Virus record (IMG/VR): IMGVR_UViG_3300031784_000013
Coordinates: 32,001 to 96,000 of that record
Origin: a virus
Length of the DNA: 64,000 nt
Strand: one strand, 5' to 3'
Positions 1 through 9,268 of the stretch are shown here, in pieces. The notes below the pieces were generated by a model that searched no databases, was not told the origin of the DNA, and was given only the letters and a program-made list of their open reading frames with translations. Positions within the stretch are counted from its first letter, which is position 1. Each line of letters begins with the position of its first letter. The translations under genes and the position numbers were made by a program.

Positions 1-2269
1 TAAGCTCACCTGATTTAAGACCATGCAAGAAAAACTCACCCCATGATTCTACAGGTTTTCCCCAAGATTTATGATCTCTCCCAAAATTTTTATTTATCAT
101 GTATTGGAGTCTTCTTCTACCTTCTGGAGTATCAATTCTATCAATAGTTTTTTGCTTTAATTCTTGAAGCAAATCCATGTGAGGATGATCCAATTCTGTA
201 TATGGAAGTTGTGGTTGATTAGGAACAGTTGATGCGTTAGGAGTGGAAGAGGCTAATACATTATCTGCCATCATTTGAGGAGATGGTGCTTGTGAAATAG
301 CTATATTGTCAATGCCTTTAACAAGGTTTTGACCAATACCTTTTAAACTTAGTCTGCCAATATCATCAATCATACCTACACCAGGTATAGCATTGACTGG
401 GTCTCCAAGAGCATCCAATCCAAAATTAAAAGCATTCTTTCCAAATGATGAATAGCTATCTAGCCAACCACCAGGTTTTTGAAATCCCCATGCTTGAGAA
501 GGTGTTTGTTCTTTTCCTGTAATCAACTGCATCATCTCCTTTTGTGGAGCACCCATCAGCTCACCAACATGTCCATAGAGATTTGCCATTCCCTGAGACA
601 TTGCATTTTTTATACGTTCATCCTTACCCTCTACAACAATCTCAGGAAGTTCCATACCTTCATAAATCTTCCCACCTTCTTGCATACTCTTTGGTTTCCA
701 ATCAAGGCCATTCTGATAGAATCTCATTTCTTGACCATTCTGTGCAGAAGCCATTGTCTTCTTTGCATATTTACCTTTGCTAGGAGCAGCACCAGCTACA
801 CGTGCGTATGTGAATCCTACAGAGCCAGGCATAGAAGCACCATTCATTGCAATAGGCGCAACTTCTTCATTACCTTTGGCAATAACATTCATCAACTTAA
901 TTAAACCGCTTTCGCCAGCCGCTTGAATAGTTCTATCGAGTGATTGATTACCTTTTAGTTTTTCCTTGGCTCTTTCTAAATCTTCTTTTGTAAACTCTTT
1001 CCCTTTTCTAATATCATAAACCCCTTTATCAAACATTAGATATCGAAGAGCATTCAAGTCACTTTTGAATTCTTGAGGATCATTTCTTATATGTAAGGCT
1101 TGAGATCTTCTTATATCATCTTTTTGATTAATAGGTTGATAATTTCCTGTAACGGGATCTATAGTATAAAATGATTTATTAAACTCTGAAAACGGCAACA
1201 TTGTAGACGTTATTAACGAATCTTCAAAAGCAGTAGTATTATCTATTGCATGTCCAATTTCATGAGCTAGAACAGTTTCAAACATTTCAGGAGTCTTAGT
1301 ATGATCTGGATGTATTTCAATACCAAGTCCTGTATAGCGAGAAGCAGGTCGTCCTTTATAATAAGATGGTTCAATTTGAATAAATCCAGGCTCTTGAACT
1401 GATTCTAATGCACCCATTCTTGATTCTCTAGCACTAGATAGCCATTCTCCCATTTGAGGACGTATAGTTGATCCTTCTTTACGATAGATAGCGTTCCCTG
1501 GCACGTCTTCATAGTATCCAGTGTTCTTCATACGTCTTTCGTACTCTGGACTAGAAACCCACGACTTGTAGAATTCAGCCATGTCCCATCCTGGAATATC
1601 TGTATTATCTCCTGACTTTGGTATATACTGGGGATAACCAGTTAATTTATCAGGATCATTATACTTAGTCATTATTGGAGCTGATACAACAACTTCAGGA
1701 AGGTCATACTCCTTCGCAATGGTTGCATCCTTTTTTTCCTGAATCTTTTTATTCATGTATTCAGAAACACCATTCTGAGCAATTGGAATAATTCCACCTT
1801 GCTGGAAGTCTAATACACCTGTTCCTCGTTTGTAATTTTTTGCAAACTTTTTAGCTTTTCTATCTGTAGGAAATTCAATGTAGCTGTTTGTGCTATCAGC
1901 ATAATTGTAAGCATCATCTCCTAAGTACTTTAACTCTCCATCAATATTTCTAATAGTAGGATAAACCCTTCTATCAGCAGATTCCATAAAATGAGTGCTT
2001 CTTCCTTCTTGACCTGGGATTTGAATAGATCCGTAATTGGCATCATACAATCCCTTCACCCAATCAAGATTCTTATTTGCGTTTAGTATTTGATCAATCT
2101 TCTTACCACGCTGGGCAATTTCTCCTCCATACTCAAATTGTCCTCCCCACGCAGGGGAATAGTTTCTTCCTTCTGTATTATATCCTACACCAACAAATCC
2201 TTCAGGAAGGCTAACGTTTGATTCGTTAGCGTTGTCTGCTTTACCAAAGTTGTCTAACCATCCTTTCAT
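1..2269 (-). CDS. Large virion cargo/internal protein with zincin metalloprotease domain (partial, runs off left edge; not in ORF track)
   Basis: Manual translation from ATG at 2269 (MKGWLDNFGKADN...) stays open to the window edge. It contains VLAHEIGHAID (HExxH, ~1250-1264) and a downstream PQEFKSDLNALRY (possible third Zn ligand). It follows the muzzle gene, where crAss-like phages encode zincin/cargo proteins. Confidence 0.8.
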   Translation of the reverse strand, partial: MKGWLDNFGKADNANESNVSLPEGFVGVGYNTEGRNYSPAWGGQFEYGGEIAQRGKKIDQILNANKNLDWVKGLYDANYGSIQIPGQEGRSTHFMESADRRVYPTIRNIDGELKYLGDDAYNYADSTNSYIEFPTDRKAKKFAKNYKRGTGVLDFQQGGIIPIAQNGVSEYMNKKIQEKKDATIAKEYDLPEVVVSAPIMTKYNDPDKLTGYPQYIPKSGDNTDIPGWDMAEFYKSWVSSPEYERRMKNTGYYEDVPGNAIYRKEGSTIRPQMGEWLSSARESRMGALESVQEPGFIQIEPSYYKGRPASRYTGLGIEIHPDHTKTPEMFETVLAHEIGHAIDNTTAFEDSLITSTMLPFSEFNKSFYTIDPVTGNYQPINQKDDIRRSQALHIRNDPQEFKSDLNALRYLMFDKGVYDIRKGKEFTKEDLERAKEKLKGNQSLDRTIQAAGESGLIKLMNVIAKGNEEVAPIAMNGASMPGSVGFTYARVAGAAPSKGKYAKKTMASAQNGQEMRFYQNGLDWKPKSMQEGGKIYEGMELPEIVVEGKDERIKNAMSQGMANLYGHVGELMGAPQKEMMQLITGKEQTPSQAWGFQKPGGWLDSYSSFGKNAFNFGLDALGDPVNAIPGVGMIDDIGRLSLKGIGQNLVKGIDNIAISQAPSPQMMADNVLASSTPNASTVPNQPQLPYTELDHPHMDLLQELKQKTIDRIDTPEGRRRLQYMINKNFGRDHKSWGKPVESWGEFFLHGLKSGEL

Positions 2270-2270
2270 A

Positions 2271-3137
2271 TTACTTGTAAGAGATTTGTGCTGGTGCTAT
2301 AATGAATTGGCTTACTAAATGTGCATCTGATCGATTGTCAAGAATATGTCTTATTTTCAATTCTTTTGCTCTCAGAGGTTCTTTCTTAAATGATCTTGGT
2401 CCGTAGTCCATATTAATTTGATTCACTTCTTTATCAAGAGAAAGTGATTCGCATGTTCTTACAAACAGTGGTATGGATTTATCTTTTACTACAGACCAGA
2501 ATGTATTATACTGATAGAAGTTGTCACTCTTTGTGAAAGTGATTGTCTTACTATTAGTATTCAATATAGGATATTGTAGATAAGAATTCAAATTGTTGAT
2601 TGGTTTTGGAACAAGCTCAAGCACACCTGTTGATTGTTGTCCGTTGTATAAGACAGCTTTGTTAAACCAAACATTGTCAAGTTCTATTCTTGATACATCA
2701 TTACTTATACCATAAGGATCATTGAAATACTTATACACCTTAGTGTAGTCTTTTACATTCTGGAGAATCTCATCTTGATACTGATATGCAAAAGGATATT
2801 CAATGATGTAGGGTTCTATATGCCCATAGAAGATGTTGTAGATGGCATGATCGTTTATGTGTCTCCACATACATGCTGTTTCAATAGTTTCTACAGTAGT
2901 GTTTTGATATTGATCCTGTGTAATTGTTGTAACAGCAAATGATTTTTCATAAGCACATTTACCTTCAGAGGTGATAGTAACTAAGTTAACACTATTGTCT
3001 ACAATATAACTCACACCAATAGACACCTCCTCAAGTGTTACACCTGAGTCAATAACATTTCCATACTCATCTGTGATGGTGAAAGGCCCTGAGTTAGGGC
3101 CTGTCTTGGTTAGCTTTATTGTAATAGTCTTTGACAT
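2271..3137 (-). CDS. Shared N-terminal anchor domain fused to the probable C-terminal part of the tail stabilisation/muzzle protein
   Basis: Likely start MSKTITIKLTKTGPNSGPF resembles the N-termini of 3139..3594 and 11611..13788. The segment from MWRHINDHAIYNIFYGHIEPYIIEY onward resembles what I recall as the C-terminal region of crAss-like tail-stabilisation proteins. Confidence 0.6.
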   Translation of the reverse strand: MSKTITIKLTKTGPNSGPFTITDEYGNVIDSGVTLEEVSIGVSYIVDNSVNLVTITSEGKCAYEKSFAVTTITQDQYQNTTVETIETACMWRHINDHAIYNIFYGHIEPYIIEYPFAYQYQDEILQNVKDYTKVYKYFNDPYGISNDVSRIELDNVWFNKAVLYNGQQSTGVLELVPKPINNLNSYLQYPILNTNSKTITFTKSDNFYQYNTFWSVVKDKSIPLFVRTCESLSLDKEVNQINMDYGPRSFKKEPLRAKELKIRHILDNRSDAHLVSQFIIAPAQISYK

Positions 3138-3138
3138 G

Positions 3139-3594
3139 TTATGGGCATCCAATATTTAATGTTTGCAGAATAGAACCATTGTATGTACCTGGAGCAATGC
3201 AACTTGTTATACTAGCTCCTGTGTATGTGTAATACTTAACTGGTGAACCAGGAAGAACATACTGCTGACCTATACCAAGAGTTGGTACAGTCAATGTAAA
3301 TGCGTTGTCCTCTGGATCACATCCTGCAAGTTGATAATATGTAGGACATGTACTAGTGGTGGTTGTAGTTGTTGGTAAAACAAGTATTATATCTATATAA
3401 TTGCTACATAAACCAGTTGACTTTACACGAACAATTGTAGTTCCTACAGGGGCTAAGGTTGTTGTGTAGCCAGCTAGAAGAGCTGCTTTAGACACACCTG
3501 TTACAAAAGCTGATGTGTAACCATCTACATCAGAGAAGAGGTTAAATGGGCCAGTATCTGTCCCAGCTGTGGTTAATGTTATTGTTATAGTCAT
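3139..3594 (-). CDS. Small virion accessory protein: anchor domain + Thr linker + Cys-containing C-terminal module
   Basis: 151-aa ORF. N-terminal 70 aa closely match the N-terminus of 11611..13788. PTTTTTTSTC linker. Confidence 0.7.
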   Translation of the reverse strand: MTITITLTTAGTDTGPFNLFSDVDGYTSAFVTGVSKAALLAGYTTTLAPVGTTIVRVKSTGLCSNYIDIILVLPTTTTTTSTCPTYYQLAGCDPEDNAFTLTVPTLGIGQQYVLPGSPVKYYTYTGASITSCIAPGTYNGSILQTLNIGCP

Positions 3595-3631
3595 ATTTTT
3601 AATTTTAACAATATTGCCAATTTATTTTATT

Positions 3632-6600
3632 TTAAGATGGCCCCACACAACATTCACTAATACTTCCTGTCACAGGTACTACATCAGCGTAGTCAAATGT
3701 TGGACTTGCAACTTCACCACAAGAAGGTAGCGGTGCACATTGTATATCACTTGAAGCAATCAATATACTACCAGTAGTTCCTGAAGTTATAAATGTAGTT
3801 TGTGTTGAAGCATCGCTATAATGTGCGGTTACATTTATATCAAATGGAGCTGGTATTTCATTTCCACCACAACTATCAAAGAAGATTATTATTGTATCAG
3901 TTGTACTTGCAAAAAAGCCAGGACAATCAAAACATTCACCAGGAGTAGTTTGGATACTTACTATCTCATAACAATATGGACTAGCTGTTGTAGTGGTAGT
4001 GGTAGTGGTAGGTGTTGCAGTTGTAGTTGTTGTGGTGGTAGTAGTAGGTTCTAAAGTAGTAGTTGTTGTTGTAGTTGGCTCTAATGTAGTAGTTGTAGTT
4101 GTGGTGGTTGAAGTTGTAGTTGGAGGTGGGCTGCAATCACACTGTGGATCAAGACAGCCAATACCTTGTGCAAGAAATCCACAATCATCGCTTATCACTT
4201 CAGTAACACATGCTGTAAAGCATAGCCCCTCATCTTGTGATGGGATGTTAAGAGTGATTGTTACACCATTCTCATCTTTATACACAAACGTACATCCACC
4301 AAACGGAGCAGAATCTAACTTATAACACTCATCTGTAAGAGGTGCAGGTGTAGTGGTAGTAGTTGTTGTTGGAGACGGTGTTGTAGTTGTGGTCGTTGTA
4401 GAACTTGTACTAGTGGTAGTAGTAGTTGGTTCTGCTGTCGTTGTTGTTGTAGTTGTAGAACTTGTTGTACTAGTAGTTGTACTTGTTGTACTAGTGGTAG
4501 TTGAAGTTGTACTAGTAGTGGTTGATGTAGAAGTGGAAGTTGTTGTAGATGTTGTAGATGTTGTAAAAGGTCCTACATAACCATCTCCTGCCAAATCACA
4601 ATCTAAAGATACAATTTGTCCAATTCCTGCCAAAGAACAATCTATTTCCTGAACTGTAGCTGTAAAGTTACATTGTAAAGGAGCAACTGTTGTTGTAGTG
4701 GTTGATGTAGAAGACGTTGATGTAGATGTTGTAGTGGTAGTTGGTGGATTTGGAACCAATACACCCACTAGAAAATCAAAGTCTTCACAGCAATTGTTTT
4801 GTCCTGAATAGAAGAAGTTGTTCTCAGCAACATACCAGTTTGGAATGTAACTGTGGAAACTTATCCAACTCTTTGTATTCATGTTGAAAGATAACGTCCA
4901 TGATACGTTACAGAAATAACGTTCATCACTTACACTAACGTTTTGTCTAATAGTTAGACCATTAACAACATTGTTAATGTAGAACTCTTGCTCCACTGGA
5001 TCATATAAAATGTTTTTTGACTTTGGTGCATAGTCCAACTTAGTAATAATCACTCTGTCATATACAGCATCATACACGCCATGAAGTCCTATTCCTTTGA
5101 AATGGTTATCAATATTCACTTCTGGGAAGTTATTATTAATCATGAATGGTAAATGCTCAACAAAGAACCTGTTCATTCCTGATCCAAATGCAGATAAGTC
5201 AACTGCTTCTGTTCCCTGGATCAAGAACACTTGTCCCCGTTTAGCATCAACAGTAACTTGACCTTGAGGAATTTTTAACAACATCTTGTGCTGACTTCCC
5301 ACATATCCAAGATCAGTTTCTGCAAAGTCAATAGGAGGTGCTCCTCTAAACAATAATGGATTACCTACATAAGCAGCTTGAGGGTTACTTGTGTCAATAG
5401 TCAAGAGATTATTGTACATCAATGTCTTATTCTCAAATCTTGCAAGAATAGCTCTGTTCTGAATACCATCAAGAGCCACTAGATTTCCATAGTTCTGTGG
5501 GAAATCAAAATAAGAAATAGCTCTGTAGATAAGCCAGTTGTTCACTCTGTTGTCAGCATCGATGTTTTGAGCATCAGAATAGATAGCTCTGAACGGATAG
5601 TTTGTAAAGCACAATCTACTTTCCCAATCAACAGGTAAGTGAGTAAATGTATTCTCTCTGTTTTGCTTTGAGAATGTTGTATTGTAGTAGTAGGTGTTGT
5701 CTTGTGCAATAGGTACAAAGCTCTGCTGCAACCAGTCATCTGGAATGTCTGTACTAACATGTGGCCAGAAGTCTCCCTCTCTATTGTTAAATGCTTGTCT
5801 TAAATCAGTATTGTAAGAACTTTCGCAATAGAAGTTTGGAATACCATAGGCAAACAAGTAAAAGTAACCATCATAGTATGTAATGGTTGAACTTGGTGTC
5901 ACTTCACCAGAACCACCTGGAGGGAATGTTGTACTAGTAGTAGTGGTGGTTGATGTAGATACAATCACATCTGTTCCCACTTCATTAGGACAATCAAAAT
6001 TATGTGCCTTGTAAGAAATGATGTTTGCCATCACTCCTTGTCCAGGAATGCTGTAGTTCTCGAGAATAGATCTCGCAGAGTGCCAATATCTAGGATAGGC
6101 AACGTTACCTATTTCATCATAGAAGATGTCACTATCATCAGGAGCATTCACTCTATTGTCAATAAAGAATGGAAGCTTGGTCTTGAATGCGAATCTGCTA
6201 ATGAATGTATCACCACCAAACACCGTGGTGGATGGATTAGGTGAGTTAATTATGTATTGATAACCTGTATCAATTGTTTCGTATGAATAGATTTGACCCC
6301 ACTGATTAACAACTGAGTTCTTCAGTGATGCATAATATGAAACAACCTGTATAGGCTCTTCTTTAGCTGGTGTTGAACAGTTTCCTATTTCTGAAATAGT
6401 GAATCTTGATCTATCCGTAACAATACTTGTAATTCCAGAAAGCATGTTAGGACTCTTATCAGGATAAGGAAGAGCTGTAGTGTCTATGTTTGTTTTCATA
6501 AACACAGAGCTTTCTCTGTTCCAGTTGTTGATAGGAAGATCATCTCCTACAGCCTGAACGCCAGGAATCAAATACCTAGCTATGTCAAGCTCTCTTTGCT

Positions 6601-9262
6601 TGATTCCTTGATTGTCAGGAACACCTACACCATAGTTGTAATCAGCAATAGAGTTGAATGAGTATGCATAGTTTCTTCTGGTAATACCATTAATGTAAAT
6701 AGTCAAATAAGACTGATACGCAGTGAACATAGCTGTTGCACTAAATGGTGTAGTAATACCACCAAGTCTTGCAGAACTATCAAGAGCAGCCTTCTGAGCA
6801 GCCTCAGAGAGCAACTTATATTTAGCATTGTCTGCCACCTGAACAAAGTGAGCTTTACCAGTACCAAACATTACACTTTCAAGCTTGAGAATGTCTGCTA
6901 AGAATGGTTGACCAAACGATGTCTCTGGAGAGTTGAAGATTTGTCTGTATCTATTCTCGTCAGTGAAGCCATCTAGTAGCGTTGTGCCACCACAATCTAC
7001 ATCAGATCTCACTTGTCTAATTCTTCTTATTTGAGCATCTGCACAACTCGCTGTACATATAACAGCTGTATCAGCAACAACCTCAACAGTATCTTCTGTA
7101 TCACCAACACTCAATGTTGTTGGTCCTAAGAATCTATCATCATAAGATGCTGTAAACGTTGCTCCTGCTGGAGAATCAAGTGTGTAAACATCATAGTTAG
7201 CATATCCCACTTCTCCTCCGCCAATAATAATTGTTGGTCTACCAACAGCACAAATCACATCTTCTTGTATAGAAGTGTAATCCTTGTAGACAATTTTGTT
7301 GTTCTCGCAAGAATAATACTGCACTCGAGCTAATGGATTACCAGTAATTGGATCTGTACCAAGGCTAGTGATGTAAACATCAAATGGTTCACACTCGCTC
7401 TGGTAAGCATTGTTTGTTGTTGTAAGGAATGGATCTTCGTTGAGATCGTTATATGGATAGTTAGGAAAATAGAATGATTGTTCTTCTCTTGTGTACTCAC
7501 CAACGTTTCTAAGTATTCCCTTAGCTACAATAGACTTATTAACACTTCTATCACCACGCACAATCTTAAATCCTACAACGTCAGATTTCTGATCATCTGT
7601 AAGATTTGATACTTGTATGAGATTTAAGATTTGAGAAGGATCAATCTTTACACCAATAGGAAAAACAGCATCGTTCCCCATCACCATCGCTTGTGGTGCA
7701 GAAAAGACTTTACTCTCGTATATTGGAGAGATGTTTACATCTGGGAACTTGTGATGTCTGATTTTTTGTCCTGCAAGATTTCCCCACACGTCTGTGTTGC
7801 ATGGATATTCTTCAACAGATTCCCAATAGGCAAATTCGCCAAATTGATATGGTCCTTTATAAGCATCATTTGTTGAATATTCTGGAGAGAATCCTGTGAT
7901 AGTAGCTGTGTTATAAATCTTCCAATACGGTGAATCATGTGTGATTGGGTCAGGGTTACCTATAAAGTCTGGATCTGTATCAGGAATTCTTGGAAGCAAT
8001 TGTTCATATCCTGTAATTGCTTTTCCTGGAATATGGAATCCATCTGTTTGTTTTCCGTTCTTCAATAGAAAAACAATCTCAAAAGCATACACTTCATCAC
8101 GAAGATATCCTCTAAGATTCGTTGCGTTTATTTCGTCTGCATAGTTCTCTGTTGCAGGAATTCTCCAAGATTCCCATAGCAACGTAATCTGGTTAGCAAC
8201 TTGTTGATAGTTGATTCTATCAATAGATGTCAACTGATCCCATACAAGAACATCCTGTACAGCAGTTAAGTCTTGAGCAATTTCATAGAATGGAAACTTC
8301 TCAAATATGTCCTGTATTACAAGATTGATTGTTGACTGCCCTGTGTAGGTGATTTGTATATTACCATTGTCAATGAAATATGTACCAACAAGATCAACAG
8401 ATGTTACACCGTTGATAGTTTTGATTACAGCAAGGTTAAAATACTCAAACTGTCCAGATACATCAAGGTTGTCAACATTGACAACAATTGATTTTCCTAC
8501 AGGATAATTGAAGTTGGGTGTTGTGATAAACTCATCAGCAATAGGTGTAGGATTAGTAACTGAGTAGTAGGAAGTAAATGGATTACCAGCTGGATCAGAA
8601 TACTGAATAGCAAACTGATATGTACCTGCAATAAGATTACCTCCACTGATAACATCAATGATTGTTAGTTCAGGAATGTTAAAATTGGGCTGTAGCTTGA
8701 GTTGATTACAATCAAGATCATCTGTATAGATAGGGCTACAAAGAGCACTACCAGATCTAAGGATCTTAGGAATGTCATCAATGTCTAGATATCTTCTAGG
8801 ATTATAGCCATCTGTCCAATAAATCTCTGTATTACAATTGGTAATTCTGTGGACAACTTTGTGAATAGGGTAATCAGTATTAAAGTTTAGGCAAGGAGCA
8901 TTGACAAGAACACGATACTCGCAATCATTATTGTCCATATACCCTATCTGACTGTCTCCTGTAGATGGATTAGTAATGAAGAATATATGTTTGTTTTTCT
9001 CTACAATAAAGTGTTCCCCTATAAGCACAAAACCTTCAGGGAAACGAATACATAATTCGTTACCAGGTTCGTTCTGATAGTTTACAGAATTTGAATCAAA
9101 GTTTTCAACAGCAGCGTTAAGAGCATAAGTTAGTCTACCTTTCTGAACTTGATTTAGAGATTGATCTAAATTCAGTCCCGTAGTGGCATTATTATACTCC
9201 TGTTTAACATTACCTTGATCACCATTGATGATCTGTTTTATTTTGTCTAACTCGTCTGCCAT
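3632..9262 (-). CDS. Tail stabilisation (P22 gp10-like)/muzzle protein with Thr-rich C-terminal extension
   Basis: 1876 aa, directly after the tail tubular gene. Motifs GLNLD..YALNA, YWTDGYNPRRY, GYLRDEVYAFEIVF..FHIPG, IRHHKFP, FGGDTFI and SWISFHSYIP resemble crAss-like Tstab/muzzle proteins. Confidence 0.75.
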   Translation of the reverse strand: MADELDKIKQIINGDQGNVKQEYNNATTGLNLDQSLNQVQKGRLTYALNAAVENFDSNSVNYQNEPGNELCIRFPEGFVLIGEHFIVEKNKHIFFITNPSTGDSQIGYMDNNDCEYRVLVNAPCLNFNTDYPIHKVVHRITNCNTEIYWTDGYNPRRYLDIDDIPKILRSGSALCSPIYTDDLDCNQLKLQPNFNIPELTIIDVISGGNLIAGTYQFAIQYSDPAGNPFTSYYSVTNPTPIADEFITTPNFNYPVGKSIVVNVDNLDVSGQFEYFNLAVIKTINGVTSVDLVGTYFIDNGNIQITYTGQSTINLVIQDIFEKFPFYEIAQDLTAVQDVLVWDQLTSIDRINYQQVANQITLLWESWRIPATENYADEINATNLRGYLRDEVYAFEIVFLLKNGKQTDGFHIPGKAITGYEQLLPRIPDTDPDFIGNPDPITHDSPYWKIYNTATITGFSPEYSTNDAYKGPYQFGEFAYWESVEEYPCNTDVWGNLAGQKIRHHKFPDVNISPIYESKVFSAPQAMVMGNDAVFPIGVKIDPSQILNLIQVSNLTDDQKSDVVGFKIVRGDRSVNKSIVAKGILRNVGEYTREEQSFYFPNYPYNDLNEDPFLTTTNNAYQSECEPFDVYITSLGTDPITGNPLARVQYYSCENNKIVYKDYTSIQEDVICAVGRPTIIIGGGEVGYANYDVYTLDSPAGATFTASYDDRFLGPTTLSVGDTEDTVEVVADTAVICTASCADAQIRRIRQVRSDVDCGGTTLLDGFTDENRYRQIFNSPETSFGQPFLADILKLESVMFGTGKAHFVQVADNAKYKLLSEAAQKAALDSSARLGGITTPFSATAMFTAYQSYLTIYINGITRRNYAYSFNSIADYNYGVGVPDNQGIKQRELDIARYLIPGVQAVGDDLPINNWNRESSVFMKTNIDTTALPYPDKSPNMLSGITSIVTDRSRFTISEIGNCSTPAKEEPIQVVSYYASLKNSVVNQWGQIYSYETIDTGYQYIINSPNPSTTVFGGDTFISRFAFKTKLPFFIDNRVNAPDDSDIFYDEIGNVAYPRYWHSARSILENYSIPGQGVMANIISYKAHNFDCPNEVGTDVIVSTSTTTTTSTTFPPGGSGEVTPSSTITYYDGYFYLFAYGIPNFYCESSYNTDLRQAFNNREGDFWPHVSTDIPDDWLQQSFVPIAQDNTYYYNTTFSKQNRENTFTHLPVDWESRLCFTNYPFRAIYSDAQNIDADNRVNNWLIYRAISYFDFPQNYGNLVALDGIQNRAILARFENKTLMYNNLLTIDTSNPQAAYVGNPLLFRGAPPIDFAETDLGYVGSQHKMLLKIPQGQVTVDAKRGQVFLIQGTEAVDLSAFGSGMNRFFVEHLPFMINNNFPEVNIDNHFKGIGLHGVYDAVYDRVIITKLDYAPKSKNILYDPVEQEFYINNVVNGLTIRQNVSVSDERYFCNVSWTLSFNMNTKSWISFHSYIPNWYVAENNFFYSGQNNCCEDFDFLVGVLVPNPPTTTTTSTSTSSTSTTTTTVAPLQCNFTATVQEIDCSLAGIGQIVSLDCDLAGDGYVGPFTTSTTSTTTSTSTSTTTSTTSTTTSTTSTTTSTTSSTTTTTTTAEPTTTTTSTSSTTTTTTTPSPTTTTTTTPAPLTDECYKLDSAPFGGCTFVYKDENGVTITLNIPSQDEGLCFTACVTEVISDDCGFLAQGIGCLDPQCDCSPPPTTTSTTTTTTTTLEPTTTTTTTLEPTTTTTTTTTATPTTTTTTTTASPYCYEIVSIQTTPGECFDCPGFFASTTDTIIIFFDSCGGNEIPAPFDINVTAHYSDASTQTTFITSGTTGSILIASSDIQCAPLPSCGEVASPTFDYADVVPVTGSISECCVGPS

Positions 9263-9268
9263 AACTTA

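Noticed and set aside
479-904. Plus-strand ORFs 479..904 and 544..783
   Set aside because: Antisense shadows of the long minus-strand ORF 1..2269.
3993-4580. Poly-Val ORFs on plus strand (also 16538..16723)
   Set aside because: Reverse complements of poly-Thr tracts, not real membrane proteins.
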